Below are positions 51,166 to 61,320 of a stretch of 64,000 nucleotides of DNA, in pieces. A program made the position numbers and the translations under genes. The DNA is from Candidatus Bathyarchaeia archaeon (GTDB lineage Archaea; Thermoproteota; Bathyarchaeia; Bathyarchaeales; Bathycorpusculaceae), in NCBI GenBank assembly GCA_050012255.1, contig JBEKHN010000002.1, forward strand, positions 128,001 to 192,000. Reading direction: 5' to 3'. How positions within the stretch are numbered: position 1 is the first letter of the stretch; each line of letters begins with the position of its first letter. The notes under the pieces were generated by a model, which worked only from the letters and a program-made list of their open reading frames with translations, was not told the origin of the DNA and made no database searches.

Positions 51166-51622
51166 CTTGTATCCCGTCGAATTGAAAGAGGTTATCCTTG
51201 CACGTGGACACAAGAACATCTCGGCCACGCATGAGACAACGATTGAAATCACGAAAGAAGCGCACTTGTCAGAAAGTGGCGATTGTATCATCGCTGTGTC
51301 GGCGGACAAAGCATTAGGTGACTTGAGTTCCGAGTTCAAAAAGAACTTGCTGAAGGATCACGCTGGTATCACTATTTCAGTCGACGCAGGAGGAGTCACC
51401 GAAACCCTAAGCGCCCATGGGAGCTCTCGCCTGATTCTAACCCACCCGACTGACATTGTTGTGAGGAAGAGCAGTTACGTCTGCAGCCGAACATTAGCGA
51501 TTCATGCAGACAAGTCAGCATGCGAACTTTCAAGAGATCTTGCTAAGAAATTGAAAAACAGCAAGCAGAATGTGAGAATAACACTGACCATGAAAATCTA
51601 CCGCGCTTTTTGCGAACGTTGA
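51158..51622 (+). CDS. DUF371-family protein
   Basis: GHKNI.ATH.TTIEITKE..L...GDCII and VVRKSSY...RTL motifs. Confidence 0.88.
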   Translation: MSNLYPVELKEVILARGHKNISATHETTIEITKEAHLSESGDCIIAVSADKALGDLSSEFKKNLLKDHAGITISVDAGGVTETLSAHGSSRLILTHPTDIVVRKSSYVCSRTLAIHADKSACELSRDLAKKLKNSKQNVRITLTMKIYRAFCER

Positions 51623-51646
51623 CGCTTTATCAGGACACAACAAGGT

Positions 51647-52735
51647 CTAACATATGTTTACGTCTAGGACAGCTTGCCATTCGTACGGTGCTGTCTCTCG
51701 AACCATCCTTGAGAACGGGACTTCTGTGACTTTTCTTCCAGTTTTTTCAACAGCTTCTGCAAGGCGGAGCTTTGTTGCTTCTAACGGGTTGGACACGCTG
51801 ACAAAACTGTAAAAGTGTATCATGCCTCCCTCGGGCTTGAGGGCTCTGCAGGCTGCGTCGACAAATTCGATTGCTTTTTCGGGCAGGTTCATAATCACAC
51901 GGTCTGCGACGCCCATGACCTTTTCGTCAACGACGTGTCTCGCGTCTCCCAAGAAAGGATGAACTTCGCCCACCGCCCTGTTGAGCCTGATGTTCTTTTT
52001 GAGATATTCAAAAGCGTGGGGATTCGCGTCTATCGCGTAGACTTTCACGTTTTGATGGGTTTTGGCTATGAGTATGGCGAAGGGGCCGACTCCCGCAAAC
52101 ATGTCTACTATCGTTTCGTTTTCCTTAACGAGAGAGGCTACTCTTTTGTGCTCATATGAGAGACGGGGCGAAAAATAGGCCTTGGCGACGTCGACTGAGT
52201 ATTGGCAGCCGAACTCTCTGTGGACAGTCTCGGTTTTCTGTTGTCCACCTATGACGCTGAATTCTCTCAATCGGTAGGTTCCGCTGACAGCGCCAGCTTT
52301 TGCCAGCACGGTCCGTACGTTCTTGTTCGTTTTGAGAATTGCTTCACCTATGATCTTTTTGTACGCGTCTAACTCTTGAGGGACCTCGATTATCGCTATG
52401 TCCCCCACGAAATCCGCGGCGTGCGACAGACTGGTCAACAGGTGAGGAGGCAATTCGGTTGAAAGCACTTCTGTCAACGATGGTCTTTGTTTCTTTCTTT
52501 CTTGGAGTGTACATGTTAGAATTTGGAATGTCACTCCATTTTCTCTGAGAGTCTTCAAAGTATCCTCTTGAGGTTGGCTGATGAGTGGAATGTACAGGAA
52601 ATCTTCGTCTCTCTGAACTTCAAATTTCTTATCGACGGCCCTCGCTTCATTTGCCAGAGCTAATGCTTTTTCGCCTTGTTTTTTCGGAACTCTTAAACAT
52701 CTGACTTTTTTCGGCATTTCGTCACGCAGGCTCAA
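51647..52735 (-). CDS. trm5: Trm5-family tRNA methyltransferase (m1G37)
   Basis: VGDIAII, YFSPRL, DMFAGVGPF and IMNLP motifs. Confidence 0.88.
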   Translation of the reverse strand: MSLRDEMPKKVRCLRVPKKQGEKALALANEARAVDKKFEVQRDEDFLYIPLISQPQEDTLKTLRENGVTFQILTCTLQERKKQRPSLTEVLSTELPPHLLTSLSHAADFVGDIAIIEVPQELDAYKKIIGEAILKTNKNVRTVLAKAGAVSGTYRLREFSVIGGQQKTETVHREFGCQYSVDVAKAYFSPRLSYEHKRVASLVKENETIVDMFAGVGPFAILIAKTHQNVKVYAIDANPHAFEYLKKNIRLNRAVGEVHPFLGDARHVVDEKVMGVADRVIMNLPEKAIEFVDAACRALKPEGGMIHFYSFVSVSNPLEATKLRLAEAVEKTGRKVTEVPFSRMVRETAPYEWQAVLDVNIC

Positions 52736-53520
52736 TTTTCTCGTGTTGCCGTGATGATTGTATAGAACAGGGTTAATCCAGTGTCTGTGAGGACGTATTG
52801 CTCCTTTGCTTCTTTGCTGGCCGCGTGCACGTATCTGCGAAGTGCTTCGGGCTTGATGGCAAAGTATTTTCCTTTGTCCTCGATCAGCGCGTCGTAGGTC
52901 TTTTTGTATGCGATGGTTTTCATCCTGAACACGTGGAATCCGTGAGTTTCGAGCAGTCTCTTCGTTTCTGAAGCTTTGTAGTATCTTTTGTGCGCCCTAG
53001 ATATCGTTCTCTCCAGCGTTTCGAAGAAATCTTCCTTGTCAGCTTCGTGTGGAGACAGATCGCCGTACACGAAGGTGCCTCCTTCTTTGAGCAATTGTCC
53101 ATAGTCTTCTAGCGTCTTTTCCTGGTCTTCGAAGTAATGCATAGTGCTCATGCACAGTATTCCATCGAAAGCTTCGGCAACGAAGGGTAGGTGTTCAGCA
53201 TCCCCCAAGATCAGTTCTGAATGCTGTCTGTAACCGAGGAGCTTGTTTGTCGCATTGTTCAGCATTTCTCTTGTTAAGTCAAGCCCCACGAAACTGGGTC
53301 TGATCTTTTCGAGCAGGGGCTTCGCGTTTCTTCCGCTTCCGACGCCCACTTCTAGCAGAAGCCTGTTCCCAAAACCTGTGAAAGCGTTGAGCACTTCGTC
53401 AAGTATTTCAGCTCCAAAACCGTTTTCAGATTTCCAAGTCCTGCTCTTCTGCTGGTCGTAATCTTTAGCCCTAATAGAATAATATCTCTGGACCGTCTTT
53501 TTGCGGGTGCTGTCGGCCAT
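52732..53520 (-). CDS. Class I SAM-dependent methyltransferase
   Basis: LEVGVGSG, GLDLT, GDAEHLPF and LKEGG motifs. Confidence 0.88.
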   Translation of the reverse strand: MADSTRKKTVQRYYSIRAKDYDQQKSRTWKSENGFGAEILDEVLNAFTGFGNRLLLEVGVGSGRNAKPLLEKIRPSFVGLDLTREMLNNATNKLLGYRQHSELILGDAEHLPFVAEAFDGILCMSTMHYFEDQEKTLEDYGQLLKEGGTFVYGDLSPHEADKEDFFETLERTISRAHKRYYKASETKRLLETHGFHVFRMKTIAYKKTYDALIEDKGKYFAIKPEALRRYVHAASKEAKEQYVLTDTGLTLFYTIITATREN

Positions 53521-53529
53521 GTGGTCTCT

Positions 53530-54567
53530 TCACTCTTTTTTTTCTACCTTGTAAAGCCCGTTCACCTTTTCAACGTTGAACCTAGCGTTCAGGATTTGTT
53601 CGGTAACCCAGATGTTTGTTTCTAAGTGTTCTGAAACTGCCCGCGTGAAGTAGATCGAGTTTCCTTTGGCCAGGGCTACGTATGGGATGAGCAGATCGGC
53701 CAAGTGCACGTCAACCGTGGGCTTGGCAGAAATCTCCGCGTAGAGTTTCTGGGCAGCCTCCTCGCCGACTTTTTCGCTTGTCTTCTTCAGTTCACCAATC
53801 GCGTCAGCTCCCAACACCGTACCTGTGTCAGTTTCGGCCCACAACACCATTGAGCTGCCCTTCTGCAGGGGGTTTGACGTGTCGTTTACTGCTTGAATCT
53901 CTGTTGCGTAGCCTTTTTCTCTCAGGTAGTCTTTTGCAGCCTTTGCTTGTCTTTCAGCCACTTTCCTCTCGGCTAAGAATGTGCAGACTGATACTCCTTT
54001 GATGGCTTTTATCTTGCCGAATGTTTCCATGTGTAAAGGTCTGAGTGACTCTGCAGGCTTCACTGTTGCCGTTACTTCGCCGTTTCCTTTTGGATAGTAG
54101 CCGTACTTGTGGACCTTCAGAGTTGCTTCCAAACCCATGCGGCAGAGAGTTGGCAAGAGGATGAAGCGCATGTAATTTGTTGTCGGCGCGTTTGAAACGT
54201 CGGTTCCACCCTTGGAAACGTGCAGGACAACGGTGCATTTGGCATAAGCACAGATCGGCAACACGGTCATCAAGAGCATCGGTATGCTTCCAGCGGTGCC
54301 GATTTCTGCCTCGATCTTGCCGCCTTCAACTTCTCTAGGCTTAAACCAGAGTTCGCGGGAATCAATTCTTGCGCCTTCGAGTTCAGCGTTGCACAGTTTT
54401 GCGGCTGTCAAGACTGCTTCCAAGTGTTGGGGTTTCAAACCTGGCTGAGGCCTGTTGTGTCTGACGTTGTAGATGTGAAGCGGTTGCCCCGTTATGGCTG
54501 CCAAAGCGACGGACAGTCTGAGGATCGTGCCGCTTCCTCCTTTCTTGCTACCGTCAACTTCGATCAA
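53530..54567 (-). CDS. rtcA: RNA 3'-terminal phosphate cyclase
   Basis: IEVDGS, RPQPGLKPQH, GGTDV, GYYPKGNG, VDVHLAD and HLETN motifs; TTG start inferred. Confidence 0.93.
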   Translation of the reverse strand: MIEVDGSKKGGSGTILRLSVALAAITGQPLHIYNVRHNRPQPGLKPQHLEAVLTAAKLCNAELEGARIDSRELWFKPREVEGGKIEAEIGTAGSIPMLLMTVLPICAYAKCTVVLHVSKGGTDVSNAPTTNYMRFILLPTLCRMGLEATLKVHKYGYYPKGNGEVTATVKPAESLRPLHMETFGKIKAIKGVSVCTFLAERKVAERQAKAAKDYLREKGYATEIQAVNDTSNPLQKGSSMVLWAETDTGTVLGADAIGELKKTSEKVGEEAAQKLYAEISAKPTVDVHLADLLIPYVALAKGNSIYFTRAVSEHLETNIWVTEQILNARFNVEKVNGLYKVEKKE

Positions 54568-54661
54568 GTATGCTCTGTGCGCCTCTCTTTCGGCTTGTGA
54601 GAAGAGTCGGAAACAATTAATAAATGGGTGAAGTATTAAGGATTTGGAGGATTGAAGGCTT

Positions 54662-55090
54662 ATGAGTACGGATAAAGCGAAGGTGGACAACCTGACCAGG
54701 AGAGTTGACGAACTCGTCGTGATCTTGAGCGGTATCGCGGAGGACTTGAGGCAGGTGTCCGCTTCGTTGAAGTCGCTGTCCGTTCAACAGATCACACAGC
54801 CTGTGGCTGCGCCGCCGCCTCTATCACTGGGCCAATCTCCGACTGTCGCCGGGGCGCCTCGGGCAGCCGAGAAGTCGAAGGCCATGGAGGACCTGCGGAC
54901 GATGTTCCCTGAAGACTTGGAAAACCTGTTGAACTTTGAGGAAAAAGACGATTACATCATCATCAAGCCGCGGCAGTTCTTGGGTTCTGACAACTTCTCA
55001 AAAATCGCCTCTGTCGTGCGTCAAGCTGGAGGAGAATACATCAGTGCCGGAAAAGCGTCGCACTTCAGAGTGCCTAGACAGAGGACTTGA
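54662..55090 (+). CDS. Hypothetical protein: coiled coil, Pro/Ala linker, small C-terminal alpha/beta domain
   Basis: 142-aa ORF, divergent from rtcA. Confidence 0.6.
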   Translation: MSTDKAKVDNLTRRVDELVVILSGIAEDLRQVSASLKSLSVQQITQPVAAPPPLSLGQSPTVAGAPRAAEKSKAMEDLRTMFPEDLENLLNFEEKDDYIIIKPRQFLGSDNFSKIASVVRQAGGEYISAGKASHFRVPRQRT

Positions 55091-55123
55091 ACACACTCTT
55101 TCCTCAGCATGTGAAAGCGTCTG

Positions 55124-55435
55124 CTAATATCTTATTTCAAAATCGTTGAACTCGCCTGTGTAAGGCTCCCAAGCAACTTTTATCACCGCGACTCTTGCCG
55201 TCGGAGGACCTCGCTTGCAGAACTCTACGAGTTGCTTCACGTCTTGTTCTTCACCTTCAAAAACAGCTTCAACCCTGTCATCCGGTAGGTTACAGATCCA
55301 GCCGTTCACGTGATGTTTTCTCGCCTCGTACCTTGCTTCTGACCTGTAGAACACGCCTTGCACTCTGCCTCCCACGAACACGTGCGCCCTGATTCTCATC
55401 GCTTCTCCCTGCGGAAGCTTTTCACTTAAACTCAT
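55124..55435 (-). CDS. acyP: Acylphosphatase (start probably 55399)
   Basis: GRVQGVFYR, GWICNLPD.RVE and GPP.A.V motifs. Confidence 0.93.
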   Translation of the reverse strand: MSLSEKLPQGEAMRIRAHVFVGGRVQGVFYRSEARYEARKHHVNGWICNLPDDRVEAVFEGEEQDVKQLVEFCKRGPPTARVAVIKVAWEPYTGEFNDFEIRY

Positions 55436-55512
55436 CTCTCTGCCTTGTAAACGTGTTGTTTCAGCACTTGTTTTAAAAGATGTCCGTTCGACCGTGATCT
55501 TGGTGAGCGTGC

Positions 55513-55848
55513 ATGCTTGAGAACTGTAACGGGAAATTGTTTGTTTACGCCTCGAGTTTTGCGTCTCGCGAAAAACGCTTGAAGCCCGTAAAGGTTGCTA
55601 CAGAGAAGATGGCTAAACATCTGAAGCTGAGTTTCGAAGTCAAGACCTTCACGAAGAAGTTTGAGCCGATTTACGTTTACTACAAGAACGGTGAAGAGGA
55701 GCCTATTCCTATCTATTGCGTAGGCGAGGAGCAGTCAAGCATCGAAGACATTTGCATGAGGTTGAGGAACATGATGTTTGTCTTGTCTTTCCATCCGAAG
55801 CATTCAGCTTTGAGGCAGAGAAGGAAAGAGATCATGCAGTTTTCGTGA
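55513..55848 (+). CDS. Hypothetical protein
   Basis: 111-aa ORF with upstream TTTTAAA box and GGTGA. Confidence 0.55.
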   Translation: MLENCNGKLFVYASSFASREKRLKPVKVATEKMAKHLKLSFEVKTFTKKFEPIYVYYKNGEEEPIPIYCVGEEQSSIEDICMRLRNMMFVLSFHPKHSALRQRRKEIMQFS

Positions 55849-56158
55849 ACTTCAGGCTTTGATTTTCAAGGTTTATGTCGTATATCTGGTTAACGTCAAA
55901 GTCTATGCCTAAGGTCTCATACTCTTGTTCTGTTAGAAACAGGATTATTTTTGGAATTGCGAAATCCACTCTTCCGGGAAACATCGGCATCTGCTGCTGC
56001 AGGGCTTGAAGCACGTCTTGGACAACCTTGGCTTCTTCTGTTTGAGGTCTGACTGTGAAGTGGGGAACTTGTCGGTCTTCGATCAGCTCTATTCGTTTTC
56101 CAAGGTTACCGTCCGGGTCATGGATGGACTCAATCTTCTGCACTCTTACGCGAAACAT
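55832..56158 (-). CDS. Arcadin-1-like protein
   Basis: DP.G...KRIEL.E...PKIILFLTEQEYE.LG..FDV...Y.I resembles Pyrobaculum arcadin-1 (from memory). Confidence 0.7.
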   Translation of the reverse strand: MFRVRVQKIESIHDPDGNLGKRIELIEDRQVPHFTVRPQTEEAKVVQDVLQALQQQMPMFPGRVDFAIPKIILFLTEQEYETLGIDFDVNQIYDINLENQSLKFTKTA

Positions 56159-56224
56159 GGTCTGTCACCACTGAAGAGGCTCAAGGAGCTTTATAGATTT
56201 CGGAAGTGTCTCCAACGTTCTGAC

Positions 56225-57154
56225 TCAGTCTGTGGAATCGTGCGGAAACGACTCATCCAGTCTTGACTGAATTTTGACCTCTTTCGGTTCGGAAACATGT
56301 TCTACTACCTCCTGCAGTTTGCGAAGAAGTCTGAGCTGTTGCTGGATCTTTTCTTCGTCTCTAGTCGGTAATTCTAGGACTTTCGGAGTGTCCTCAAACC
56401 TCTTGTCTCTAACGATGGCATGAAAAACTTGCAATCCTAATTTTCCTTCTCCTATGGCCATGTGTCGGTCGATTCTGCATCCTAAGTCTCCTTTCGAATC
56501 GTTCACGTGCAGCATCTTGAGCTTGTCCTTTCCCACCTTCGCGTCAAATTCCTTCAAAACGTTCTCGTATCCTTGATAGCCTCGGATGTCGTATCCCGCG
56601 GCGAAAACATGGCACGTGTCAAGGCAGACGTCTAGTGAATGGCTCTTTTCCACGCGTTTTATGATTTCTGCCAGTTCCTCAAAGCGTGAACCAATGGTCG
56701 TGCCCTGACCAGCCATAGTCTCCAGAAGAATCATGGCGTGTGAAGCCTTGGCACCGTTGAAAACTTCGTTTAACGCGTCGACCGTTCGACCGATCCCAAC
56801 CTTCTTGCCAAGTCTGCCGAAATATCCAGGGTGCATCACTAAAAGCTGAATTCCCAGCTGATCAGCAATTGACAATTCAGTGGCCAGCCTAGTTTTTGAG
56901 TTTTGCCAGATTGCATCGGTTGGCGCGGCTGGATTTACTATGAGGGGGACATGTGCGATGACCTGTTTGACGCTGCTTGATTGCCAGGCTGTCCTAAAAC
57001 TAAGAGTTTCTTCGGGTGATAATTCCCGAGTTTTCCACGTGCGAGACAGGGTGATGTAGGTTTGTGCACATTCGCAACCCCACCTTTCTGCATATGCAAA
57101 TAGTGTTGACAGGCCACCTTTACCGGGGTGAGCAGGAACGTTTGATCCAATCAT
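56225..57154 (-). CDS. nfo: Endonuclease IV (AP endonuclease)
   Basis: HPG, ETMAGQG, CLDTCHVFAAGYD, HVNDSK and DRH motifs. Confidence 0.92.
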   Translation of the reverse strand: MIGSNVPAHPGKGGLSTLFAYAERWGCECAQTYITLSRTWKTRELSPEETLSFRTAWQSSSVKQVIAHVPLIVNPAAPTDAIWQNSKTRLATELSIADQLGIQLLVMHPGYFGRLGKKVGIGRTVDALNEVFNGAKASHAMILLETMAGQGTTIGSRFEELAEIIKRVEKSHSLDVCLDTCHVFAAGYDIRGYQGYENVLKEFDAKVGKDKLKMLHVNDSKGDLGCRIDRHMAIGEGKLGLQVFHAIVRDKRFEDTPKVLELPTRDEEKIQQQLRLLRKLQEVVEHVSEPKEVKIQSRLDESFPHDSTD

Positions 57155-57403
57155 CTTCTCACTAGGTGTTTACTCGTGTAGCAAGGCCGTGCAACTCTTA
57201 TGATTTTTCTCACTTCTGCGGTCGTATTTGCAACGAGCCTCTTTGAGTCAAAGGTCCTGCAAAGCCCTGCCCCCCAAGCTGTTAACTGCTTTGCTGTTTT
57301 AAGCTTGTGCAGTGTGAGCCTTGGCAATTCCCAGCTAGCTCTCTCATGATTCTAGACTGGTGCGCGCGGGCAGAAAGACATAATAGTTCTTTGAAGCCAC
57401 GGT

Positions 57404-57691
57404 ATGATGAAAACAATGAAAACAAACATTGACGTCCTAATGGTCATTCTTCTTGTGATCTTCGTAGGGAGCCTAGTCGGGCTGATAATCTATGGCGAGG
57501 TGTGGCGCATCAACCTCTCGATGACTGACACACACATTGAAAACTTCGATCCAGAGCGCACGCGAAACGCTTTCATATTGTCAGTTGTCTGTATTGCGTC
57601 TGGGGGGTCCACGTTGTATATACTTGTTACGAGGTTCTCGCAGGAAGAAGAAAAGAAAAAGGTCTCTGCCTCCGGCGCCACCCATGAATGA
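57404..57691 (+). CDS. Two-TM hypothetical protein
   Basis: Two hydrophobic segments. Confidence 0.5.
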   Translation: MMKTMKTNIDVLMVILLVIFVGSLVGLIIYGEVWRINLSMTDTHIENFDPERTRNAFILSVVCIASGGSTLYILVTRFSQEEEKKKVSASGATHE

Positions 57692-57835
57692 AACACCGTG
57701 TTTCTGCTGTCTGCGGTCGCACAGGGAAACTTCGCAAACGACTGGAGGGCTAGCAAGTGTCAAAAACAGCGTTTGACTTTGTGAAATTTTATATTCGCTG
57801 CATGTTATATGCTTAACATGTCTGGGGGAAGTGGC

Positions 57836-57988
57836 GTGAAACTTGTAACCGTATTATTGCCCGAAGCTTATTTGGAAGGTTTAGATGAGCTTGTGAGAGC
57901 TAACATGTATCCGAGCAGAAGTTCAGCTATACGGTCTTCGGTGAGGGATCTGCTGAAGAAAGAGCTTTGGGAAAGACGCGGAAGATGA
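57836..57988 (+). CDS. Ribbon-helix-helix regulator (CopG/CdrS-like), 50 aa, absent from the ORF track
   Basis: Manual translation MKLVTVLLPEAYLEGLDELVRANMYPSRSSAIRSSVRDLLKKELWERRGR; stop overlaps next ATG. Confidence 0.85.
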   Translation: MKLVTVLLPEAYLEGLDELVRANMYPSRSSAIRSSVRDLLKKELWERRGR

Positions 57989-58644
57989 AGCTTTGCAGCG
58001 GAAGGAAACTTCAATACACAATTCCTCTGCCCGCAAGACTCATCAGTTTTCTCAGAGGTAAGTCGGTAAAAACTGTCTTGGAACTCGGCTGTGGTTATGG
58101 CAGAGCCTGCTTTTTCTTGCATGAGAACGGTCTTTGCGTCGCAGGCGTTGACTTAGACAAGGCACAAGTCGGATTGGCTTTACAGGAAGCAAAATCGCGG
58201 AGGATTCACGATGGACTAGACTTTGTGGTCAACGATGCTGGAAATCTGTGTTTCCCAGACTCCTCTTTTGACGCGGTCACGATGCTAGGAGTCCTCACTC
58301 TGGTTCCAAAAGCCGAAAGGCCGAGAATAATGAACGAAGTTGAAAGAGTCCTAAAACAAGTGGGCTACGTCTTCATCGAAGAGTTTGGCCGAACATGGGA
58401 GAATCCAGTTTACAGGAAGAGATACAAGGAGGACTTGAAGGTCACCGGTGAATTGGGCACAATCACACTTAGGGACGACACTGGCAGGGTTCTGCATTTT
58501 GCACATCACTTCACCCGCAGAGAGCTGCTCAGTCTTCTCAGAGGCTTCCAAATTGTCAGTTTCGAAAAAGAGGTTTTCACAAGCTATTATCACAGAAACT
58601 GGGTCAAAGGAAACATCATACTGGCCCAGAAACAGCGAAAATAG
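57985..58644 (+). CDS. Class I SAM-dependent methyltransferase
   Basis: VLELGCGYGR, GVDL and FPDSSFDAV motifs. Confidence 0.85.
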   Translation: MKLCSGRKLQYTIPLPARLISFLRGKSVKTVLELGCGYGRACFFLHENGLCVAGVDLDKAQVGLALQEAKSRRIHDGLDFVVNDAGNLCFPDSSFDAVTMLGVLTLVPKAERPRIMNEVERVLKQVGYVFIEEFGRTWENPVYRKRYKEDLKVTGELGTITLRDDTGRVLHFAHHFTRRELLSLLRGFQIVSFEKEVFTSYYHRNWVKGNIILAQKQRK

Positions 58645-58691
58645 GTTTTCTGCATCAAAATGGCTTTGTGTAGGCTCCACTTATTATAACG

Positions 58692-59468
58692 TCAGTAGCT
58701 AGGTTTTCCTAGGTCTCTCACTTTCTTGGCTGTTTCCGCAGGGTTTTCTGCGAGTGTTATCTCTCTTCCCACGATCAGATAGCGCGCGCCAGCCTTGATG
58801 GCCGGTCGAACCGTTGCACCTTGAGCTCCTATTCCAGGTGAGTATATTGGAACCTTTTCTCCCAGTATTTCGTGTACTTCTTTTATCTTCTCAGGGTATG
58901 TTGCGCCCACAACTGCGCCGTCTGCGTCGTATTTCAGAGCTTTTTTTGCGAAGTATATGTACTGAAACGTTTTCGTGCCGCTTTCAGTTTCGATTATTGT
59001 TTGCCCGTAGCCTTCAGCTGCGGCTTTGTGACTCATGTAGACGAGGAGGATCACCCCGCGGCCCAGTCGGCGTGCAACATCGAAGATGGGTTTCAACCCT
59101 TCTTCCCACCCTATGAATGGGTTGGCTATTAGGGCATCGAAGCCCGCGGCATAGTAGTACTCAGCGATAACTTGGTTCGTGGCGCCGATGTCATTCGCCT
59201 TGCAGTCCATTATTGTCATCAATCCGACATCGTGAGCCTTTCTGACAAGTTTTTCAACACCGTTAAACGTGCCCAGAGGAAGGACTAGGTGATGGTTGAA
59301 TTTAACAGCGCAAATATATGCTTGCACAGTGTCCAGAACGTGTTCTGCCTTCATGGAAAGGGCCCTTCGGTTTTTTGGGTTTTCAAACGGAAAGTCAAAA
59401 GCCAAAACGACGTTGGATTCCTTTTCTCTTGCTTTCTTTTCCATCTTGGCACGGAAAGACAAACTCAA
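58692..59468 (-). CDS. pyrF: Orotidine-5'-phosphate decarboxylase
   Basis: DCKANDIG.T, VVGAT, SPGIGAQG and IVGR motifs. Confidence 0.92.
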   Translation of the reverse strand: MSLSFRAKMEKKAREKESNVVLAFDFPFENPKNRRALSMKAEHVLDTVQAYICAVKFNHHLVLPLGTFNGVEKLVRKAHDVGLMTIMDCKANDIGATNQVIAEYYYAAGFDALIANPFIGWEEGLKPIFDVARRLGRGVILLVYMSHKAAAEGYGQTIIETESGTKTFQYIYFAKKALKYDADGAVVGATYPEKIKEVHEILGEKVPIYSPGIGAQGATVRPAIKAGARYLIVGREITLAENPAETAKKVRDLGKPSY

Positions 59469-59536
59469 ACGCCTCTCTCTACTTGGTGATAAGACTAAAA
59501 ACTCTTTTGCTTCCTACACTTGCCCAACTGTTGTTC

Positions 59537-60121
59537 TTAGCTCATGTCTAAATCCTTCAGCGAAAGCTCTTGTTCTAGAGCCGACAGGAAAGCCATGGTT
59601 CTCGCGTATCTTTCCTTCGCAATTCTCTTAGCCGTAACGGTGTTTAGCAGATTATAGATGGGCTTCAATTCTTCAAAGCAGTCTTTCACAACGGTTTCAA
59701 AAGGTCTCTTGCCTAACCAGTGGAATACTCTGGCAACGCCCGACGCTCCTAGCAGGTCGATTTTGTCAGCGTCCCAAACAATCTTCTCTTCCAGTGTTTC
59801 CAGCTTGTCTCTGAACGGAAGCGCGTGATGCAACACTATCCTCACGACTCTGTCACTCTTCTCATGAGGATAGTCTGTTCCGCTTAGAATCTCGCTTGCG
59901 AGTCTTGCTCCCGTTTCGTTGTGCGGTTCACCGACCGTTCGCCCTATATCGTGTAAGATGGCTCCTATCTGTACCAATTTGACATCTGCTTTTTCGCTCT
60001 TGGCTAAGAAAGTTGCAATTCTGAAGACTCGATCAACGTGGGAGTAGGAGTGAACGGTCCCTTCCAGTGGAGCCATCTTCTCTTTAACGGTGATTGTCAA
60101 AGAATCTATCAATGGTCGCAT
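59537..60121 (-). CDS. HD-domain phosphohydrolase
   Basis: H...H..RV, LHDIG, HH and DADKID motifs. Confidence 0.88.
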   Translation of the reverse strand: MRPLIDSLTITVKEKMAPLEGTVHSYSHVDRVFRIATFLAKSEKADVKLVQIGAILHDIGRTVGEPHNETGARLASEILSGTDYPHEKSDRVVRIVLHHALPFRDKLETLEEKIVWDADKIDLLGASGVARVFHWLGKRPFETVVKDCFEELKPIYNLLNTVTAKRIAKERYARTMAFLSALEQELSLKDLDMS

Positions 60122-60207
60122 GTTATCACGGCGATTTGTGGTGTGTTTTCTACACTAAATTTAAAAGTTAAACCTTATAAAACATAAAGTAAAAAATCGC
60201 ACACCGA

Positions 60208-60651
60208 GTGGCACGCATGAAACCTCAACCAGTGTTGAGCAGTGAGTTGCGCAAACTCGTTGAATCTCGCATGAAGAGCAATCTAGAGGGGATAGAGCAA
60301 ACGCTACAACAGATATTCGGAGCTCAGAAGCTCGGCCTGGAAGAATTGAGGGAAACAATAAAAGGACTTGAGGAGAGCTTCGACCTTCTGTCTCAGAAAT
60401 GGAACCTCCAGATCCTCTACATACTATTCCTCAGAGAGACCACGGGGTTCGGCGAGCTGAAGAAGATTCTGAGGGCGAACTCTCGCACCTTATCGGACAA
60501 ACTTAAAATGCTCAACCAGAATAGATACATCAGGAGGTCAGTGAACGAAGGTCCGCCTCTGAGAGTAGGATACTCGCTTACAACAAAGGGCCGCAATACA
60601 GTTCTTCTCGCACTGCCTTTTCTTTACTATTCCAGCAGCAACCTGACATGA
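60208..60651 (+). CDS. HxlR-family wHTH regulator
   Basis: KWNLQIL, FGELK, RTLSDKLK and PPLRV.YSLT.KG motifs. Confidence 0.88.
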   Translation: MARMKPQPVLSSELRKLVESRMKSNLEGIEQTLQQIFGAQKLGLEELRETIKGLEESFDLLSQKWNLQILYILFLRETTGFGELKKILRANSRTLSDKLKMLNQNRYIRRSVNEGPPLRVGYSLTTKGRNTVLLALPFLYYSSSNLT

Positions 60652-60735
60652 GAAATTAACAATTCTCCACATCGACTCCATTGCGTTTGGCGTCTGAGAA
60701 AAGGATATCAATGAAAAACCTGCGGATTATGTACC

Positions 60736-61284
60736 ATGGTGAAATATGTCTATCTTTCTGAAAACAAACTTGGCGAAGAACAAAGACTTTGCATCGGTTT
60801 GTTAATGAAAGAATGTTTTGGTCATGTCGATCCTATAGAAGCTAGAGACTGTTTTTGTGCCGAGAGTTTTGCAAGGATTCTTGCCTGCAGTAATGGGAAG
60901 CTTATTGGACATTTGAGGCTGTTCAAAAGAAGAGTCGAGTTTGAAAAAAGAGAGGTCATTCTTGGAGGTATTGGGGGAGTCTGTGTGTCAGAGAGCATGA
61001 GAGAAAGGGGAATTGCAACAAGGTTAGTTAGAAAAGGTCTTCAAGTTCTTAAACATGAGAAGGTTGACATCGCCTGCCTCAACGCTGACCTGTCAAGGGC
61101 TGGCGACAAGTTTTACGAAAAGCTAGGATTCACCTTGATGAATAGAAAAATATCCTTCGAGGACATAGGTGGAAGGCTGAGATACGATGACGGAACAATG
61201 TTCATTCCAGTTTGCTCAAAAGAGATCTATCAACGCATAATGGATGGCAAGAAAACCTTTCATTACGGAAGAGGTTATTGGTAG
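60736..61284 (+). CDS. GNAT-family acetyltransferase
   Basis: GGVCV...RERGIA and FYEKLGF motifs. Confidence 0.88.
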   Translation: MVKYVYLSENKLGEEQRLCIGLLMKECFGHVDPIEARDCFCAESFARILACSNGKLIGHLRLFKRRVEFEKREVILGGIGGVCVSESMRERGIATRLVRKGLQVLKHEKVDIACLNADLSRAGDKFYEKLGFTLMNRKISFEDIGGRLRYDDGTMFIPVCSKEIYQRIMDGKKTFHYGRGYW

Positions 61285-61320
61285 AGTCTCTGTTGTTACT
61301 TTGGTTGCTGAATGGTCTTT

